This document shows, one piece after another, positions 39,728 through 50,078 of a DNA stretch of 64,000 nucleotides; within the stretch, counting starts at the first letter, position 1; the number at the start of each line of letters is the position of its first letter. Origin of the DNA: Candidatus Poribacteria bacterium. GTDB taxonomy: Bacteria; Poribacteria; WGA-4E; WGA-3G. The translations under genes and the position numbers were made by a program. Where the stretch lies: NCBI GenBank assembly GCA_965205015.1, contig OZ242029.1, positions 3,104,001 through 3,168,000 on the forward strand, in the 5' to 3' direction. Under the pieces are notes generated by a model. That model saw only the letters and a list, made by a program, of their open reading frames with translations. It did no database searches and was not told where the DNA came from.

Positions 39728-40465
39728 ATGCAAAACGTTTTACGAAAGACAATCCCCGATAAACTCGTGGTGCTAACCTTTGACGACGGGTGCAAATCAC
39801 AGGCGACTTTCGCCGCGCCGATCCTCAAGGGGTATGGCTTCGGTGCAACTTTCTATATCACCGAAGGACTCAACTTCCTCACGAATAAAGAAGCCTATAT
39901 GACGTGGGAAGAAGTGAAAGGACTCCACGACGACGGTTTCGAGATTGGTAATCACACGCGCCATCACCGAAACGTCACACAACAACCCGCCGAGGAACTC
40001 AGGGCGGATTTAGCGCACATTGACGCCTGTTGCGAGACCTACGGTATCTCAAAGCCCACAACATTCTGTTATCCAGGTTATAGCCATGGGGCGGCAGCCG
40101 TCGAGGTTTTGGCTGGACACGGCTTTCATTTTGCACGACGCGGCGTTGCGCCAGAGTTCCCTTACAGTGGGGAAGGGGACCGGGGACCTGCTTACAATCC
40201 AGCGTTGCATCATCCGCTCCTGATTCCGACGACGGGTGCCGCCGGTCCGAATTGGAGTTTTGACGACTTTACATGGGCACTCGCCCAAGCGACAGATGGA
40301 AATATCACGGTCCTTACGTTCCACGGCGTGCCGGATATTGAGCATCCTTGGGTTCACATAGCGCCAGAGCAATTTGACGAATATATGGCGTATCTCTACG
40401 AAAACGATTACAAAGTCATCGCGCTCCGAGACCTCGCAGATTATGTAAACCCCCATGCACTGTGA
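39728..40465 (+). CDS. Polysaccharide deacetylase family protein
   Basis: LTFDDG, EIGNHTRHH, FCYPG, LTFHG. Confidence 0.92.
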   Translation: MQNVLRKTIPDKLVVLTFDDGCKSQATFAAPILKGYGFGATFYITEGLNFLTNKEAYMTWEEVKGLHDDGFEIGNHTRHHRNVTQQPAEELRADLAHIDACCETYGISKPTTFCYPGYSHGAAAVEVLAGHGFHFARRGVAPEFPYSGEGDRGPAYNPALHHPLLIPTTGAAGPNWSFDDFTWALAQATDGNITVLTFHGVPDIEHPWVHIAPEQFDEYMAYLYENDYKVIALRDLADYVNPHAL

Positions 40466-40566
40466 GAGTTTGCGCAATGGATCCGTAAATATACTAAAAT
40501 AATACAGATGGAGATGAAAGATACAGCGGGCTTGTGTTGTAAGCGTGCCTGCTCACCTTATAAACT

Positions 40567-41100
40567 ATGCTAAAAGAATTTACAAATAGTCTAACCCGAT
40601 GGGATATGCTACTGTTTAACCGTATCTTTGGGTGGGGCGATAGAAGAATCCTGAATTGCTCATTTCGTGTCATCTCTTGGAGTGCTAACGGGTGTCTGTA
40701 TCCATTTCTGGTGTTATACGTGCACTTGACGTTCGGCTCAGTTACGAGCAAGCCACTCCTTCTCTCAGCGATACTTGCATTTCCACTTGAAAGACTCCTA
40801 TACCACTTCCTCAAACAGTCAATGAAACGCGACCGCCCCTACGAACGGATTGTCGACGTTCAGTTTCGTGTGCGTCCACCGGATCGTTTTAGTTTTCCAT
40901 CAGGGCACACCGCTTCTGCTTTCGTGATGATGGTGCTGTTATCGAACACCCTCCCCATTTTACAGATTCCGACGCTTTGTTGGGGAACGACAGTTGGTGT
41001 TGCGCGTGTGTATCTTGGGGTTCACTATCCGACGGATGTGCTCGCCGGTGCGCTCCTTGGGATATTCGCGGGGCAGATGGGTATGTGGTTCATGACGTAG
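40567..41100 (+). CDS. PAP2 family phosphatase
   Basis: KQSMKRDRP, SFPSGH, ARVYLGVHYPTD. Confidence 0.95.
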   Translation: MLKEFTNSLTRWDMLLFNRIFGWGDRRILNCSFRVISWSANGCLYPFLVLYVHLTFGSVTSKPLLLSAILAFPLERLLYHFLKQSMKRDRPYERIVDVQFRVRPPDRFSFPSGHTASAFVMMVLLSNTLPILQIPTLCWGTTVGVARVYLGVHYPTDVLAGALLGIFAGQMGMWFMT

Positions 41101-41333
41101 ACGGAAAACATTTTGTAGACAGAGTCCCTGGTGGGACCGAGAAGATACTTGTCATTGACAGTGAACGATTAGAAGGCGAGGTTTTTCCACAGGAAACCTC
41201 GCCTATTAATTTTTATACGAGGGCACTCTGAAAAGCACAAAACACCCTCCTGCGCTGGCGAGGTTTGAAACCTCGCCTACGGGGGGGAGAATGTCTATTA
41301 ATTTTTAGGATTCACTATAAATCCATGTTCCCG

Positions 41334-42740
41334 CTAATAAGGTGTGTTGTTCGTCGTTAGGGCACACCAACGCGAAGCAAACAGATGGTTGAAAAGGGCT
41401 TCCTGTGCCTCTGGGGTCTGAATCTGCTTTAATGCCAAGGCGGCGTGGAAACGGACATATCGATTCTCATCTTCCAGCTGCGCGACAAGTGTAGGGATCG
41501 CTGGTTCAGCGAGTGTCCCCAATTTTGCTAAGGAACGGGCGGCGTTATCACGCACCCAATGATAGTCGTCCTGTAATCGGGTTGTTAACACCTGTACCAC
41601 CTCGGATAAATCCATCTCTTCTGAAACCTGTTGTCCGATGAGTCCCAACCCTTCTGTGGCGTGCCGTCGGACCCATTCGGAATTATCCTGTGCAGCGGTC
41701 GTTAGTGCAGGCATCGCCTCTTGCGCGGCTTTCCCCATATCCGCCAAGGCAAACGCCGCACTCGCCCGCACTGAATTATCTGTTGCTTGCAATGCGTCAA
41801 TGAGCGTCGGAACCGCGGAGGCACCGGTGAGGCTTAAAGCGTATCCTGCATATTCGCGAATAACATTGGATCGACTATACAACGCTTGCTTCAAGACAGG
41901 CACGACGGTCGCACCGACCCGTCCTAAGCGATACGCGGCATTTAATCTCTCTCTCTCGTTATCACTGTTCAAGGTCCCAATAAGGGGGTCCACCTCAGTC
42001 TGCGGGACACCGTTGCTCGTTCCATTCTGTTTTCCGATATACCAGTCCCACAGCGATTCCCATAATTCCGGATGCTCGGCTGCTGAACCGTTGCCGTAGG
42101 CGTACCAGTCGTCGGTATTGTTCTGCCATAGCGGTGCTTGTGGTTCATCGAGTCGGATAAAGAGGAACTTCAACATATATCGTTTCTTGTCACTCCGATT
42201 CGGCATGGCGCGGTGCCATAAATCGTAGTGGACAATTGTCACGGTACCTGCTTCGCCAGTGAGAGCGAGGTCAGGCTGTTCATGGGCACTCTCACCCGTC
42301 TCGTAATACTGCGATCCGGGTAACACGGCGGTAGGTCCCATATCTTCGGTGACCTCCTGCGGATAGTAGAATGCCATTGTCCAACGACAGCGGTGGCGTC
42401 GGATCTGTTCGTCCCCTTCGTAACTATCTTTATGGAAATTCTGACCTTCGCTGCCTTGTTGGTTGAAATGGCAGTATCGGTGCGAGTGCATCGCGTAGTT
42501 TTCACCGAGCACTCCCTGCATGGCACCGTGAACGCGGGGGTGATCAAAGACCTCTTGAATTTCAGGGATGAGGGGTAGGACATTGTTGCCCAAATTGCCC
42601 GTCCCTTCAAACATTGCGTCGAGTTGTTGATAAACGTTTTCGTGAAAGCTCGGCGGGAAATCGACTTTTACCTTGACGTAACCGTTGATAATGAAATCCC
42701 GCATCTCTTTATCGGTGAGTTGGAGTGCTTGGTTGTTCAT
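41334..42740 (-). CDS. PhyH-like dioxygenase fused to HEAT repeats
   Basis: HKD, VLPGSQ, WHRA..R; C-terminal VRxxAAxAL repeats. Confidence 0.88.
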   Translation of the reverse strand: MNNQALQLTDKEMRDFIINGYVKVKVDFPPSFHENVYQQLDAMFEGTGNLGNNVLPLIPEIQEVFDHPRVHGAMQGVLGENYAMHSHRYCHFNQQGSEGQNFHKDSYEGDEQIRRHRCRWTMAFYYPQEVTEDMGPTAVLPGSQYYETGESAHEQPDLALTGEAGTVTIVHYDLWHRAMPNRSDKKRYMLKFLFIRLDEPQAPLWQNNTDDWYAYGNGSAAEHPELWESLWDWYIGKQNGTSNGVPQTEVDPLIGTLNSDNERERLNAAYRLGRVGATVVPVLKQALYSRSNVIREYAGYALSLTGASAVPTLIDALQATDNSVRASAAFALADMGKAAQEAMPALTTAAQDNSEWVRRHATEGLGLIGQQVSEEMDLSEVVQVLTTRLQDDYHWVRDNAARSLAKLGTLAEPAIPTLVAQLEDENRYVRFHAALALKQIQTPEAQEALFNHLFASRWCALTTNNTPY

Positions 42741-42750
42741 ACTGTGTTCC

Positions 42751-43242
42751 TCAGGAGTTTACAGTCTGCTGCTGCTTCAGCGTCTCGATTTCTTGTGTAA
42801 GTACTTCAATCTGCTTTTCGAGTGTGTGATCTTTTGTGTTTCGCCTGTGTGCTAAGATACCCCATACAGTTGCCCCTATCGCGATAAGTGCCAAGGGGAT
42901 GCCGATGCAGGCAATGATGATGTTATTTTGTCTGTCAAAACTCTTTTGAATATTGTCAAAATCTTTCTGAACATTGTCAAAATCTTTCTGAACATTGTCA
43001 AAACCGTTATTCATGGTTTCTTTTAAATTTTTGATCTCTGTCTGCCGAATAGCACCCTCCGTTTTTAGCGTATCAATATCTGTTTTTAGCGTATCAATAT
43101 CAGCCTTTAGAGGCATCACCTCTTTCTGAACTTCCTCTTTGACAATCAAGCGGATCTTGTCAAGGTCGGCATCTGTTAGCGCAGACATCGCCGGCATCGC
43201 GATTGCACAGAGCAGTATTGAGAAAAGCAAAATAGTTTTCAT
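42751..43242 (-). CDS. Signal peptide, heptad coiled-coil and C-terminal TM protein
   Basis: GGAG RBS; 21-bp tandem repeats encode DIDTLKT and FDNVQKD. Confidence 0.75.
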   Translation of the reverse strand: MKTILLFSILLCAIAMPAMSALTDADLDKIRLIVKEEVQKEVMPLKADIDTLKTDIDTLKTEGAIRQTEIKNLKETMNNGFDNVQKDFDNVQKDFDNIQKSFDRQNNIIIACIGIPLALIAIGATVWGILAHRRNTKDHTLEKQIEVLTQEIETLKQQQTVNS

Positions 43243-43309
43243 GACAGGACTCCCTTTTAGAATTAGTAAATCATATATGTCTCCGGGTGTCAATGAAAAA
43301 AGTGTGAAA

Positions 43310-44527
43310 TTATTTTTTCACAGCGCCGAAAGTGACACCGCGCAGGAGGTGACTCCGCATCAGGAAGGTGAAAACGGCAACGGGTAGGAGAAAAACGAAG
43401 GTCCCGGCGGCGATTTTTCCCCAATCCATACCCGTGGAACCGGTCGCGCTCGTAATCGAGGGGGGTGCGGTCACGGCTCTACCGCCGACCTCTGTGAGGA
43501 CCAAAGCGAATGCGAACTCGTTCCACGCTGTGATGAGACAGAACACAGCCGTCGCGGCAATACCTGTGACGGACTGTGGTAAAATGACCTTTAAGAAAGT
43601 TTGGAACCGTGAATAGCCATCAACGAGTGCTGCGTCCTCATATTCCTTTGGAATTTCGTCAATGAATCCTTTCATGAGCCACACCGCAAACGAAACATTA
43701 AAGGTGGTGTAAAGCAAAATCAGTCCGAAGTGTGTATCCCGCAACCCGAGTGCGCTATACATCAGATAGATCGGAATCACAACCACGACGGGTGGGAGCA
43801 TGCGGGTGCTGAGGATAAAAAAGAGCAGATCGTCTTTGCCTGCGATGTCGAATCGGGAGAAGGCGTAAGCTGCGAGTGTCCCGAGTCCGACGGCAAGAAT
43901 CGTGCTACCACCGCCGATGATAATGCTATTGAGGAGTTGGTAGAAGTACTTGGAGCCACCGTTTGCCAATACAACGCAGATCGCTATTGTTCCGAAAACG
44001 CTTGGTAATACGAGGGTGAGTCGCTGTTTTTTGGCAGTTTGCGATGTGAGTCCGCCAGTCCTCCGCCACGGAACAATTAAGAGATAGGCGATGATTGTGC
44101 AGGTAATGAGTAGCAGAAAATTAAACCGGGCATCCGTTTGAAGACGGCTTTGCAAGGGTTGCAGCGTCAGAAAACTGTAAAGACACGTTAAAATGAAAAC
44201 AGTGTTCCAGATGAAACCGAGATTTCGGAGCGACAAGGCACGGGGTAACCTCACGTTAAACAGCGAGAAGAAACCGAACAGTAATAATCCGACGACTACT
44301 TCTCCTAAGAATAGATATGTTACATCTGCGACCCCTTCCGAAGGCATCAACTTCTGATAGTTCTCTAACGATATGTCAAAGACGAACTTCGGGAGTTTTG
44401 TGGTAATATCAGACAGTTTCTTTAGAGAGGTCGCCAAAATCCAGTAAATCGGGGTGATGTAGATAATCACAGCGATAGCGATAAACGCCAATATAAGATA
44501 GTGGACAAAGTTTTTCCGATGCCGCAT
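43310..44527 (-). CDS. Carbohydrate ABC permease (MalG-like) with a large membrane insertion
   Basis: EAA loop IPKEYEDAALVDG, WNEF. Confidence 0.9.
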   Translation of the reverse strand: MRHRKNFVHYLILAFIAIAVIIYITPIYWILATSLKKLSDITTKLPKFVFDISLENYQKLMPSEGVADVTYLFLGEVVVGLLLFGFFSLFNVRLPRALSLRNLGFIWNTVFILTCLYSFLTLQPLQSRLQTDARFNFLLLITCTIIAYLLIVPWRRTGGLTSQTAKKQRLTLVLPSVFGTIAICVVLANGGSKYFYQLLNSIIIGGGSTILAVGLGTLAAYAFSRFDIAGKDDLLFFILSTRMLPPVVVVIPIYLMYSALGLRDTHFGLILLYTTFNVSFAVWLMKGFIDEIPKEYEDAALVDGYSRFQTFLKVILPQSVTGIAATAVFCLITAWNEFAFALVLTEVGGRAVTAPPSITSATGSTGMDWGKIAAGTFVFLLPVAVFTFLMRSHLLRGVTFGAVKK

Positions 44528-45450
44528 TATGTCTCCTGCGTTTCTTCTCCCTTGACGCGATTCAGGTACTTTACGTAGATATTGCTCAGCGCCACAATAA
44601 TAATGAGCAGGATATACGCCATTGCGCACGCTTTACCGGTATTGTAGTTTCGAAAGGCGAGTTTATAGAGGTTCATGGATACAGTTTCTGTGGCAGTCCC
44701 GGGTCCACCCTCGCGCGTAAGCACATAGACGATGTCAAACATCTTGAAGGCGTCCATCGTCCTGAACAGGAGGGCAATCAGTAAAAGCGGCGAGACTAAC
44801 GGGAGGGTAATCCATCGAAACTTGAACCAAGCGGACGCTCTATCGACATCCGCGGCTTCATAGAGGAATTTCGGAACTGCGCTCAATCCTGCCAGGGCAA
44901 TCAGCATCATGAATGGGGACCACATCCATGTATCCACAATGACAACGGCTAACATCGCTACCTTCGGATGGGTCGTCCAACCGATAGGCGACTTTAAAAA
45001 GGGACTGAGAAAAAAGTTGAGCAAACCGGCGTTATCTGAAGAGAGGATGAAACGCCAGAAGAGTCCAACGACTACAGGCGACAGCATCATCGGTAGCAGG
45101 AGCAGCGTTGTGACGAAGCCTTTATATCGGAAGTCCCGATTCAGGAGCAGTGCCAGTCCGAATCCGATGAAGAATTGTGCGGCTACCGCAAGGATCACAA
45201 AATAGGCGGTGGTTTGAAAATAGCCCCAGATCTCTGGATCGGCGAGGAGGCGTGAATAATTACGGACACCGATAAATCTTGGTGCCGCGGGCATGGAGGC
45301 TTTGTAGCGATGGAAACTCAGGTACAGCGACCACAGGAGCGGAAAAATGTTCATCAAGATGAGCAAAATCATGGTGGGCATGATAAATGCCATCTTTAAC
45401 TGATAATCGCTCATCCCGCGCGCCGTTCGATGTGGGTGGTTGGTAAGCAT
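44527..45450 (-). CDS. Carbohydrate ABC permease (MalF-like)
   Basis: LYEAADVDRAS..ITLP, GGPGTATET. Confidence 0.93.
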   Translation of the reverse strand: MLTNHPHRTARGMSDYQLKMAFIMPTMILLILMNIFPLLWSLYLSFHRYKASMPAAPRFIGVRNYSRLLADPEIWGYFQTTAYFVILAVAAQFFIGFGLALLLNRDFRYKGFVTTLLLLPMMLSPVVVGLFWRFILSSDNAGLLNFFLSPFLKSPIGWTTHPKVAMLAVVIVDTWMWSPFMMLIALAGLSAVPKFLYEAADVDRASAWFKFRWITLPLVSPLLLIALLFRTMDAFKMFDIVYVLTREGGPGTATETVSMNLYKLAFRNYNTGKACAMAYILLIIIVALSNIYVKYLNRVKGEETQET

Positions 45451-45483
45451 ATTTCTAACGAAACTTATGAAAGTACTATGGAA

Positions 45484-45575
45484 TGGAAAGGTGGAAGGAT
45501 TTGGAGGGAAGCGTGGAGGGGTGGAAGGATCGGATAGCCTCCACGCTTCCACGCTTCCACGCTTCCACGCTTCCA
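45484..45575. repeat. Inverted octamer arrays (GGAAG-type versus CCACGCTT x4)
   Basis: Visible between the solute-binding protein and permease genes. Confidence 0.75.
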
Positions 45576-45579
45576 ATCT

Positions 45580-46905
45580 CTACTCGTCGTAGTAGCCTGC
45601 GTCCTCAAAGATTTCCTCGTGTTTCCGTGCGATGGCGTCCAGTGCTTCCTTTGCGGACTTGATTTTGGAGATGGCTTGACTCCAATTCGTCTGGCAGACT
45701 TCTAAGAGTTCAGCATATTCCGGCACTGCCCAGAAATCGCGTAGATACGGGAAACTTGCGGCGAAAGCTTCGTTAAAGGGGGTTGCCGTCTTAAAGATAT
45801 CCGACTGTAACACCTCTTTGTGTGGCGTGAACCCACCGAGTGCTGCCCATTTCTCTTGTACAGGTTTCTGCATAAACCATTTCATGTATTGCTTGGCAAT
45901 ATCCTTGTTTTTAGAATAGGAAGAAATAGACATGCCTTGTCCGCCGATACTGATGTAATGCCCTTTCGGACCCGCGGGTGCTACAAAGAAACCGCTCTTG
46001 TCGTGGGAAATTTTATTCGATTCCGGGTTTAAGACACCGGGGAAAAAAGCGAAGTAATTCATCGCCATTGCGACCTTACCCGAGTTATAGGCACCGAGCG
46101 TCTCTGACCAATAGTAGTTCGGGGCATCCGGCGGTGAAAACTGGAGCAGATCCGTGTAAAATTCAAGGGCTTTAACGGTGTCCTCTGTGTTAATATGCCC
46201 GGCGACTTTATGGGTTTCTGCGTCGCCATACGCACCGCCGAAGCTCCACATCACCTGTTGGAACCCCATCGTAATGCCGTCATATTCCTTGCTATACCAT
46301 GTTGCGATACCGTAGAGGTCTTGATCCGGACGTGTGAAGAATTCGGCGATATCGCGGAGTTGGTCGTAGGTTTTCGGTGGGGCGAGTGCGTAGCCATATT
46401 TCTCTTGGAATGCCTTCATTTCGTTCGGGTCTTCAAACAGGTCCTTTCGATAGACATATCCAGCGGCATCCACCTCTGCGGGTAATGCCCAGTATGTGCC
46501 GCTGCCTTTTGGATACTCGGCAAACGCTGTCATCGCGGGCCCATAGATAGCATCAACATCTATGTTCTCATTAATCCAATCCGTTAGATTGATATAGTTT
46601 TTGCCTTGGGAGTTCCGACCGAGCCATTGGCTATCGCCAATGACGATGTCGTAAAGATCGCTTTTTCCCACAAAAGCCGTGAAGACCTTATCTTGGAAAT
46701 TGGGCCACGGAATTTGGATCACATCAACAGCAATGCCTGTTTCAGCGGTAAAGTCCTTCGAGAGTTCCTGCAAGTAATTCGCGGGATCCCATTCTGCCCA
46801 GACAATGGTTAAGGATTGCGATTGATGGTTGTCAGCCTTTGAGGTACTGACGAACGCAAGTGCGAGGATCAGCACAAAAACAAAACTTATGCGAACACTT
46901 TTCAT
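45580..46905 (-). CDS. Sugar ABC solute-binding protein
   Basis: Signal peptide, YRKDLF, PPKTYDQLRDIAEFF, GKVAM. Confidence 0.93.
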   Translation of the reverse strand: MKSVRISFVFVLILALAFVSTSKADNHQSQSLTIVWAEWDPANYLQELSKDFTAETGIAVDVIQIPWPNFQDKVFTAFVGKSDLYDIVIGDSQWLGRNSQGKNYINLTDWINENIDVDAIYGPAMTAFAEYPKGSGTYWALPAEVDAAGYVYRKDLFEDPNEMKAFQEKYGYALAPPKTYDQLRDIAEFFTRPDQDLYGIATWYSKEYDGITMGFQQVMWSFGGAYGDAETHKVAGHINTEDTVKALEFYTDLLQFSPPDAPNYYWSETLGAYNSGKVAMAMNYFAFFPGVLNPESNKISHDKSGFFVAPAGPKGHYISIGGQGMSISSYSKNKDIAKQYMKWFMQKPVQEKWAALGGFTPHKEVLQSDIFKTATPFNEAFAASFPYLRDFWAVPEYAELLEVCQTNWSQAISKIKSAKEALDAIARKHEEIFEDAGYYDE

Positions 46906-47045
46906 GTTTTTTTCCTCCGTATAAAGATCATGCGAGTTGTGATCAGCACCGGTTGAAATCTGATGTCCGGTTCGGTGCTATAATCGGGTATTATAAACGG
47001 AGTCCAAAATTTTTGCAAGAAAATTTATCTGAATGGGAAGGTCAG

Positions 47046-47768
47046 TCAAAGTTCACCGATGCAGAACACGGTATTCTTTGCTTCTAAACTCTGGATTTCG
47101 GAATAGTGGTAAACTTGGGTAACTTCCACGCCATTTTCAATGATGGCGGTGGGGCGTTCGATAACGAAGTCGGCGAAGTGCGGTGCGTTGAAGGCAACGT
47201 AGGCGAGGCTGAACGTCTCAATCTGCGGATCGTATCGCTTTGACAGATCTGGGAATAGAACAATTCCCGTATCAACTTGGTAGATGCCTGCGTTTTCGTC
47301 TATGTTCATCGTTTTAACGGGACACTCGATAATTGCCCGCAGGTGTGTATGGGTATCCCATATTTCTGTGTGCGTTACGATGGGTAGACACTTTTGTGTC
47401 GCCTCAAAGATGGCTGCGTTGCTATTGAGTACCTGAACCGGTGATGCCTCTTGAAGGTCAAACAGGGCGCCTCCCCAATACTCCCGCGCCGGTCTATACT
47501 CGACGTAGTTATCGTTGCAGTAGGCGTGCCTTCTGAAGACTGCGATATGTGCTTCGCCAAAAACAGGGAGGAAGTCATAGTTTGGATGTATGAAGAGGTT
47601 TTTCTCCGCAAAGGTGTGTTCACTCTTACACGAGCCGCATTGGTAATAATCGCTGAAACTTCCATCTGTGTCATCTATGATGCGGCATCGAGATTCGATC
47701 CAAAAGCGGGGGGCATTCCCGTTGCCAACAGAGTTGATAAAAGAGAGTCCATAATCAAGGCAATTCAT
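47046..47768 (-). CDS. Hypothetical protein
   Basis: 240-aa ORF, AAGGA RBS, CGSCKSEH motif. Confidence 0.75.
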   Translation of the reverse strand: MNCLDYGLSFINSVGNGNAPRFWIESRCRIIDDTDGSFSDYYQCGSCKSEHTFAEKNLFIHPNYDFLPVFGEAHIAVFRRHAYCNDNYVEYRPAREYWGGALFDLQEASPVQVLNSNAAIFEATQKCLPIVTHTEIWDTHTHLRAIIECPVKTMNIDENAGIYQVDTGIVLFPDLSKRYDPQIETFSLAYVAFNAPHFADFVIERPTAIIENGVEVTQVYHYSEIQSLEAKNTVFCIGEL

Positions 47769-47829
47769 CGGTTTTCCTTTCGGTGTGGTATGTGATTCAG
47801 TGAACCCATTTTATCCCAGCAGTCTTCAT

Positions 47830-47878
47830 CTGTCAAGAAATCTTGACACTCACCCGTAACTACGCTGTAATAGAATTA
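47830..47878 (+). promoter_or_regulatory. Promoter cassette, directly repeated at 51497-51546
   Basis: Palindrome TGTCAAGAAATCTTGACA overlapping TTGACA-17-TGTAAT. Confidence 0.7.
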
Positions 47879-48219
47879 AGCAATAAGTGGTTTTGGGATT
47901 CAGAAATTTTTTGAAAAAACCGCTCTGAACCCTTGATTTTATTGACTGTTCGCTACTAACGCTACCCGTATCAAAGGGACGCCTCACGCCAGAGGCGTGA
48001 TATGTCTATAGAAAGTGGCTCCAAAAGTCCTCGCCCTCCAGCGGAGTGCTATGTCTAACTCCGTGAATGTTCAGGGAAAACGTATTTTTTCTTCGGTTAT
48101 CTGCAGTCCCAAAACTCGTAGAAAAATAAAGAAGACGTTGGGAAAACAGCGTCCAACCAACATAAATTGTCCAAACTTTAGTTTTTTTAAGAAAAATTAG
48201 CAATTTTTGTAAATATAAT

Positions 48220-48248
48220 TTGCTTTTTACCTGAAAATTTTGTATAAT
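48220..48248 (+). promoter_or_regulatory. Sigma-70-type promoter
   Basis: TTGCTT-17-TATAAT. Confidence 0.5.
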
Positions 48249-48770
48249 CTTTAGTTACCTATGCCATTTATATTTTATATAATGAATAAGTAAAAAGTGA
48301 CCCAAGTAACTATAGAGCATTAGAAAGAGGATACGTTTTTTTGTTGCGATTTTCGCAACCGACAAAAACCTTGATAGATTTGAACATTTTACCTGAGGAA
48401 CGCTCGTGACGAAGTGCAGTTTACCCTTTGAATTAAAAAGGTCTCTGAAAGTGCGTGCGGCGATGCGCGCCCCGATGAGAGGGAGTGGCTGCTGCGTTTC
48501 GAGGCGTTCTGTCAATCCTCAAATAGCTAAAAACCCCCCCCGAATTCTCCACAAACGATAAGTAATTTATTTCATAAGACGACCCTGACGGTCCTTCATC
48601 GGACTGTCTTCGCGCCCGCAGGTGGTTCTGTTTTGCACAGCGCCTCCCATTGCGGGCTATTTTTGTTGCATCGGGTCTCTCCCGATGTGTTGGACACTCC
48701 AATACAACCACAGGCACGACGCCTTGTCAATATGGCTGTGTAAGTCGTGTTAAAAAGGAGATTTAGAAAA

Positions 48771-50078
48771 ATGTTTTCAAGAATACTGACTTTTAGCGTC
48801 TTATCCGTTTTTTGCGTATTGACGGCTATTTCATCTGTATACGCAGACAATCCGGGTGGTATTACTACTTGGGAAAATGAGTGGCATGATCATGATGGAA
48901 GGCGGCATGTTCATAAGGATGTAAAACACCGCCATGGAGGAGTTGACGATCTTCACGAGCATAAGAACCCTGACTATAATCATGATAAGGCACATACCGA
49001 GGACGTTGATATTGTGTGGATAGATAAAGAAGAGCGCCCTGATACAGAGCATACGCATTCCCTTTATACCCACCAACATGACGACTACGTGGTTCACACA
49101 CATAGAGGGACACACACGCACGCGTATACTCCAGGAGATGATGATCACACGCACCCGGGTCTCTCATGGAGTTTCAACCACGATCGAGTAGGTAGGCGCA
49201 CAGATACTACTGTGGATGAGCAACCTGTGAACCAGCCGACAGGGAATCAGCCGACAGGGAATCAACCGACAGTGAACCAGCCGACAGTGAATCAACCGAC
49301 GGTTACCCAATCGACGGGTACTCAACCCACAACGGTAGCGACGGGTGGCACATCTGAAGGGACATCGGAAGCAGGTGAGAGCCAAACCCCTGTTGACACA
49401 AGCATAGAACAAAATTTCCTCAGAGCCCAACAAAAATACGGAACAACGCTTGAGGGTACACCAGAAACACAACCCGAGCGTCAACCTTTATTACCCATAC
49501 GCATAACAGAGTATATGGTCAGAGATTGGTCTGCTGGGAGTAGTGGATTACCACAGTGGATTGAGGTGTATAACCCCAACACCGAGGCAGTCAACCTCAA
49601 AGGTTGGACGTTCCAATATGCCACCCGACGGTCAGCCAACGCTCCCCATAAAGTCCACACACTGACGATCGCTGGAACACAGGACGGGTTCAGCATAGCG
49701 GGGGGTGGTGTCGCGATCCTATCCACCCGAAAAGTTCCGGCATGGCGATTTTCCGGGATTGGAGCCTCCCAGGTCTACAACTTGAGCATAGACAACGTCC
49801 TCAAACGCGGGTGGGTGTTGACGGATGCCGATGGCAAGGAGATTCATCGTCTCGGTAGGGCTGCCTTTAGTGCGTTAGGGGATCCGGTGGCACCGCTCCA
49901 TCAGAACCAGGCGCGTGTCTCTCATCAGGTGGTCCCGAGCGAGTCGCCCTCGGAGGTTTATTACTATGGACATCGGGAAGACATGGGGTCTCCCGGGTTC
50001 TACAAGCAACCGGCGCCGGCGGCACCGAGTGCAGTCAGACGGAAACAGATCGGCACTTGGGCAGACTTGAAAAAATGA
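48771..50078 (+). CDS. Secreted His-rich protein with lamin-tail-like domain and C-terminal TWxxLK tail
   Basis: AGGAG RBS, signal peptide, HxH repeats, (V/G)NQPT repeats, IRITEYM..QWIEVYNP..VNLKGW..GSPG. Confidence 0.8.
   Translation: MFSRILTFSVLSVFCVLTAISSVYADNPGGITTWENEWHDHDGRRHVHKDVKHRHGGVDDLHEHKNPDYNHDKAHTEDVDIVWIDKEERPDTEHTHSLYTHQHDDYVVHTHRGTHTHAYTPGDDDHTHPGLSWSFNHDRVGRRTDTTVDEQPVNQPTGNQPTGNQPTVNQPTVNQPTVTQSTGTQPTTVATGGTSEGTSEAGESQTPVDTSIEQNFLRAQQKYGTTLEGTPETQPERQPLLPIRITEYMVRDWSAGSSGLPQWIEVYNPNTEAVNLKGWTFQYATRRSANAPHKVHTLTIAGTQDGFSIAGGGVAILSTRKVPAWRFSGIGASQVYNLSIDNVLKRGWVLTDADGKEIHRLGRAAFSALGDPVAPLHQNQARVSHQVVPSESPSEVYYYGHREDMGSPGFYKQPAPAAPSAVRRKQIGTWADLKK

Noticed and set aside
39441-39800. 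119-aa minus ORF, and small ORFs at 48006-48850 and 61560-62042
   Set aside because: Overlap repeats, promoters or leaders; no RBS or protein-like features
45451-45576. N-terminal extension of the MalF-like permease
   Set aside because: Encoded by octamer repeats; starts at 45450 or 45414 fit the family
48255-48770. Known riboswitch (cobalamin, c-di-GMP, NiCo)
   Set aside because: Could not find their consensus motifs by eye; kept only as an unclassified structured leader
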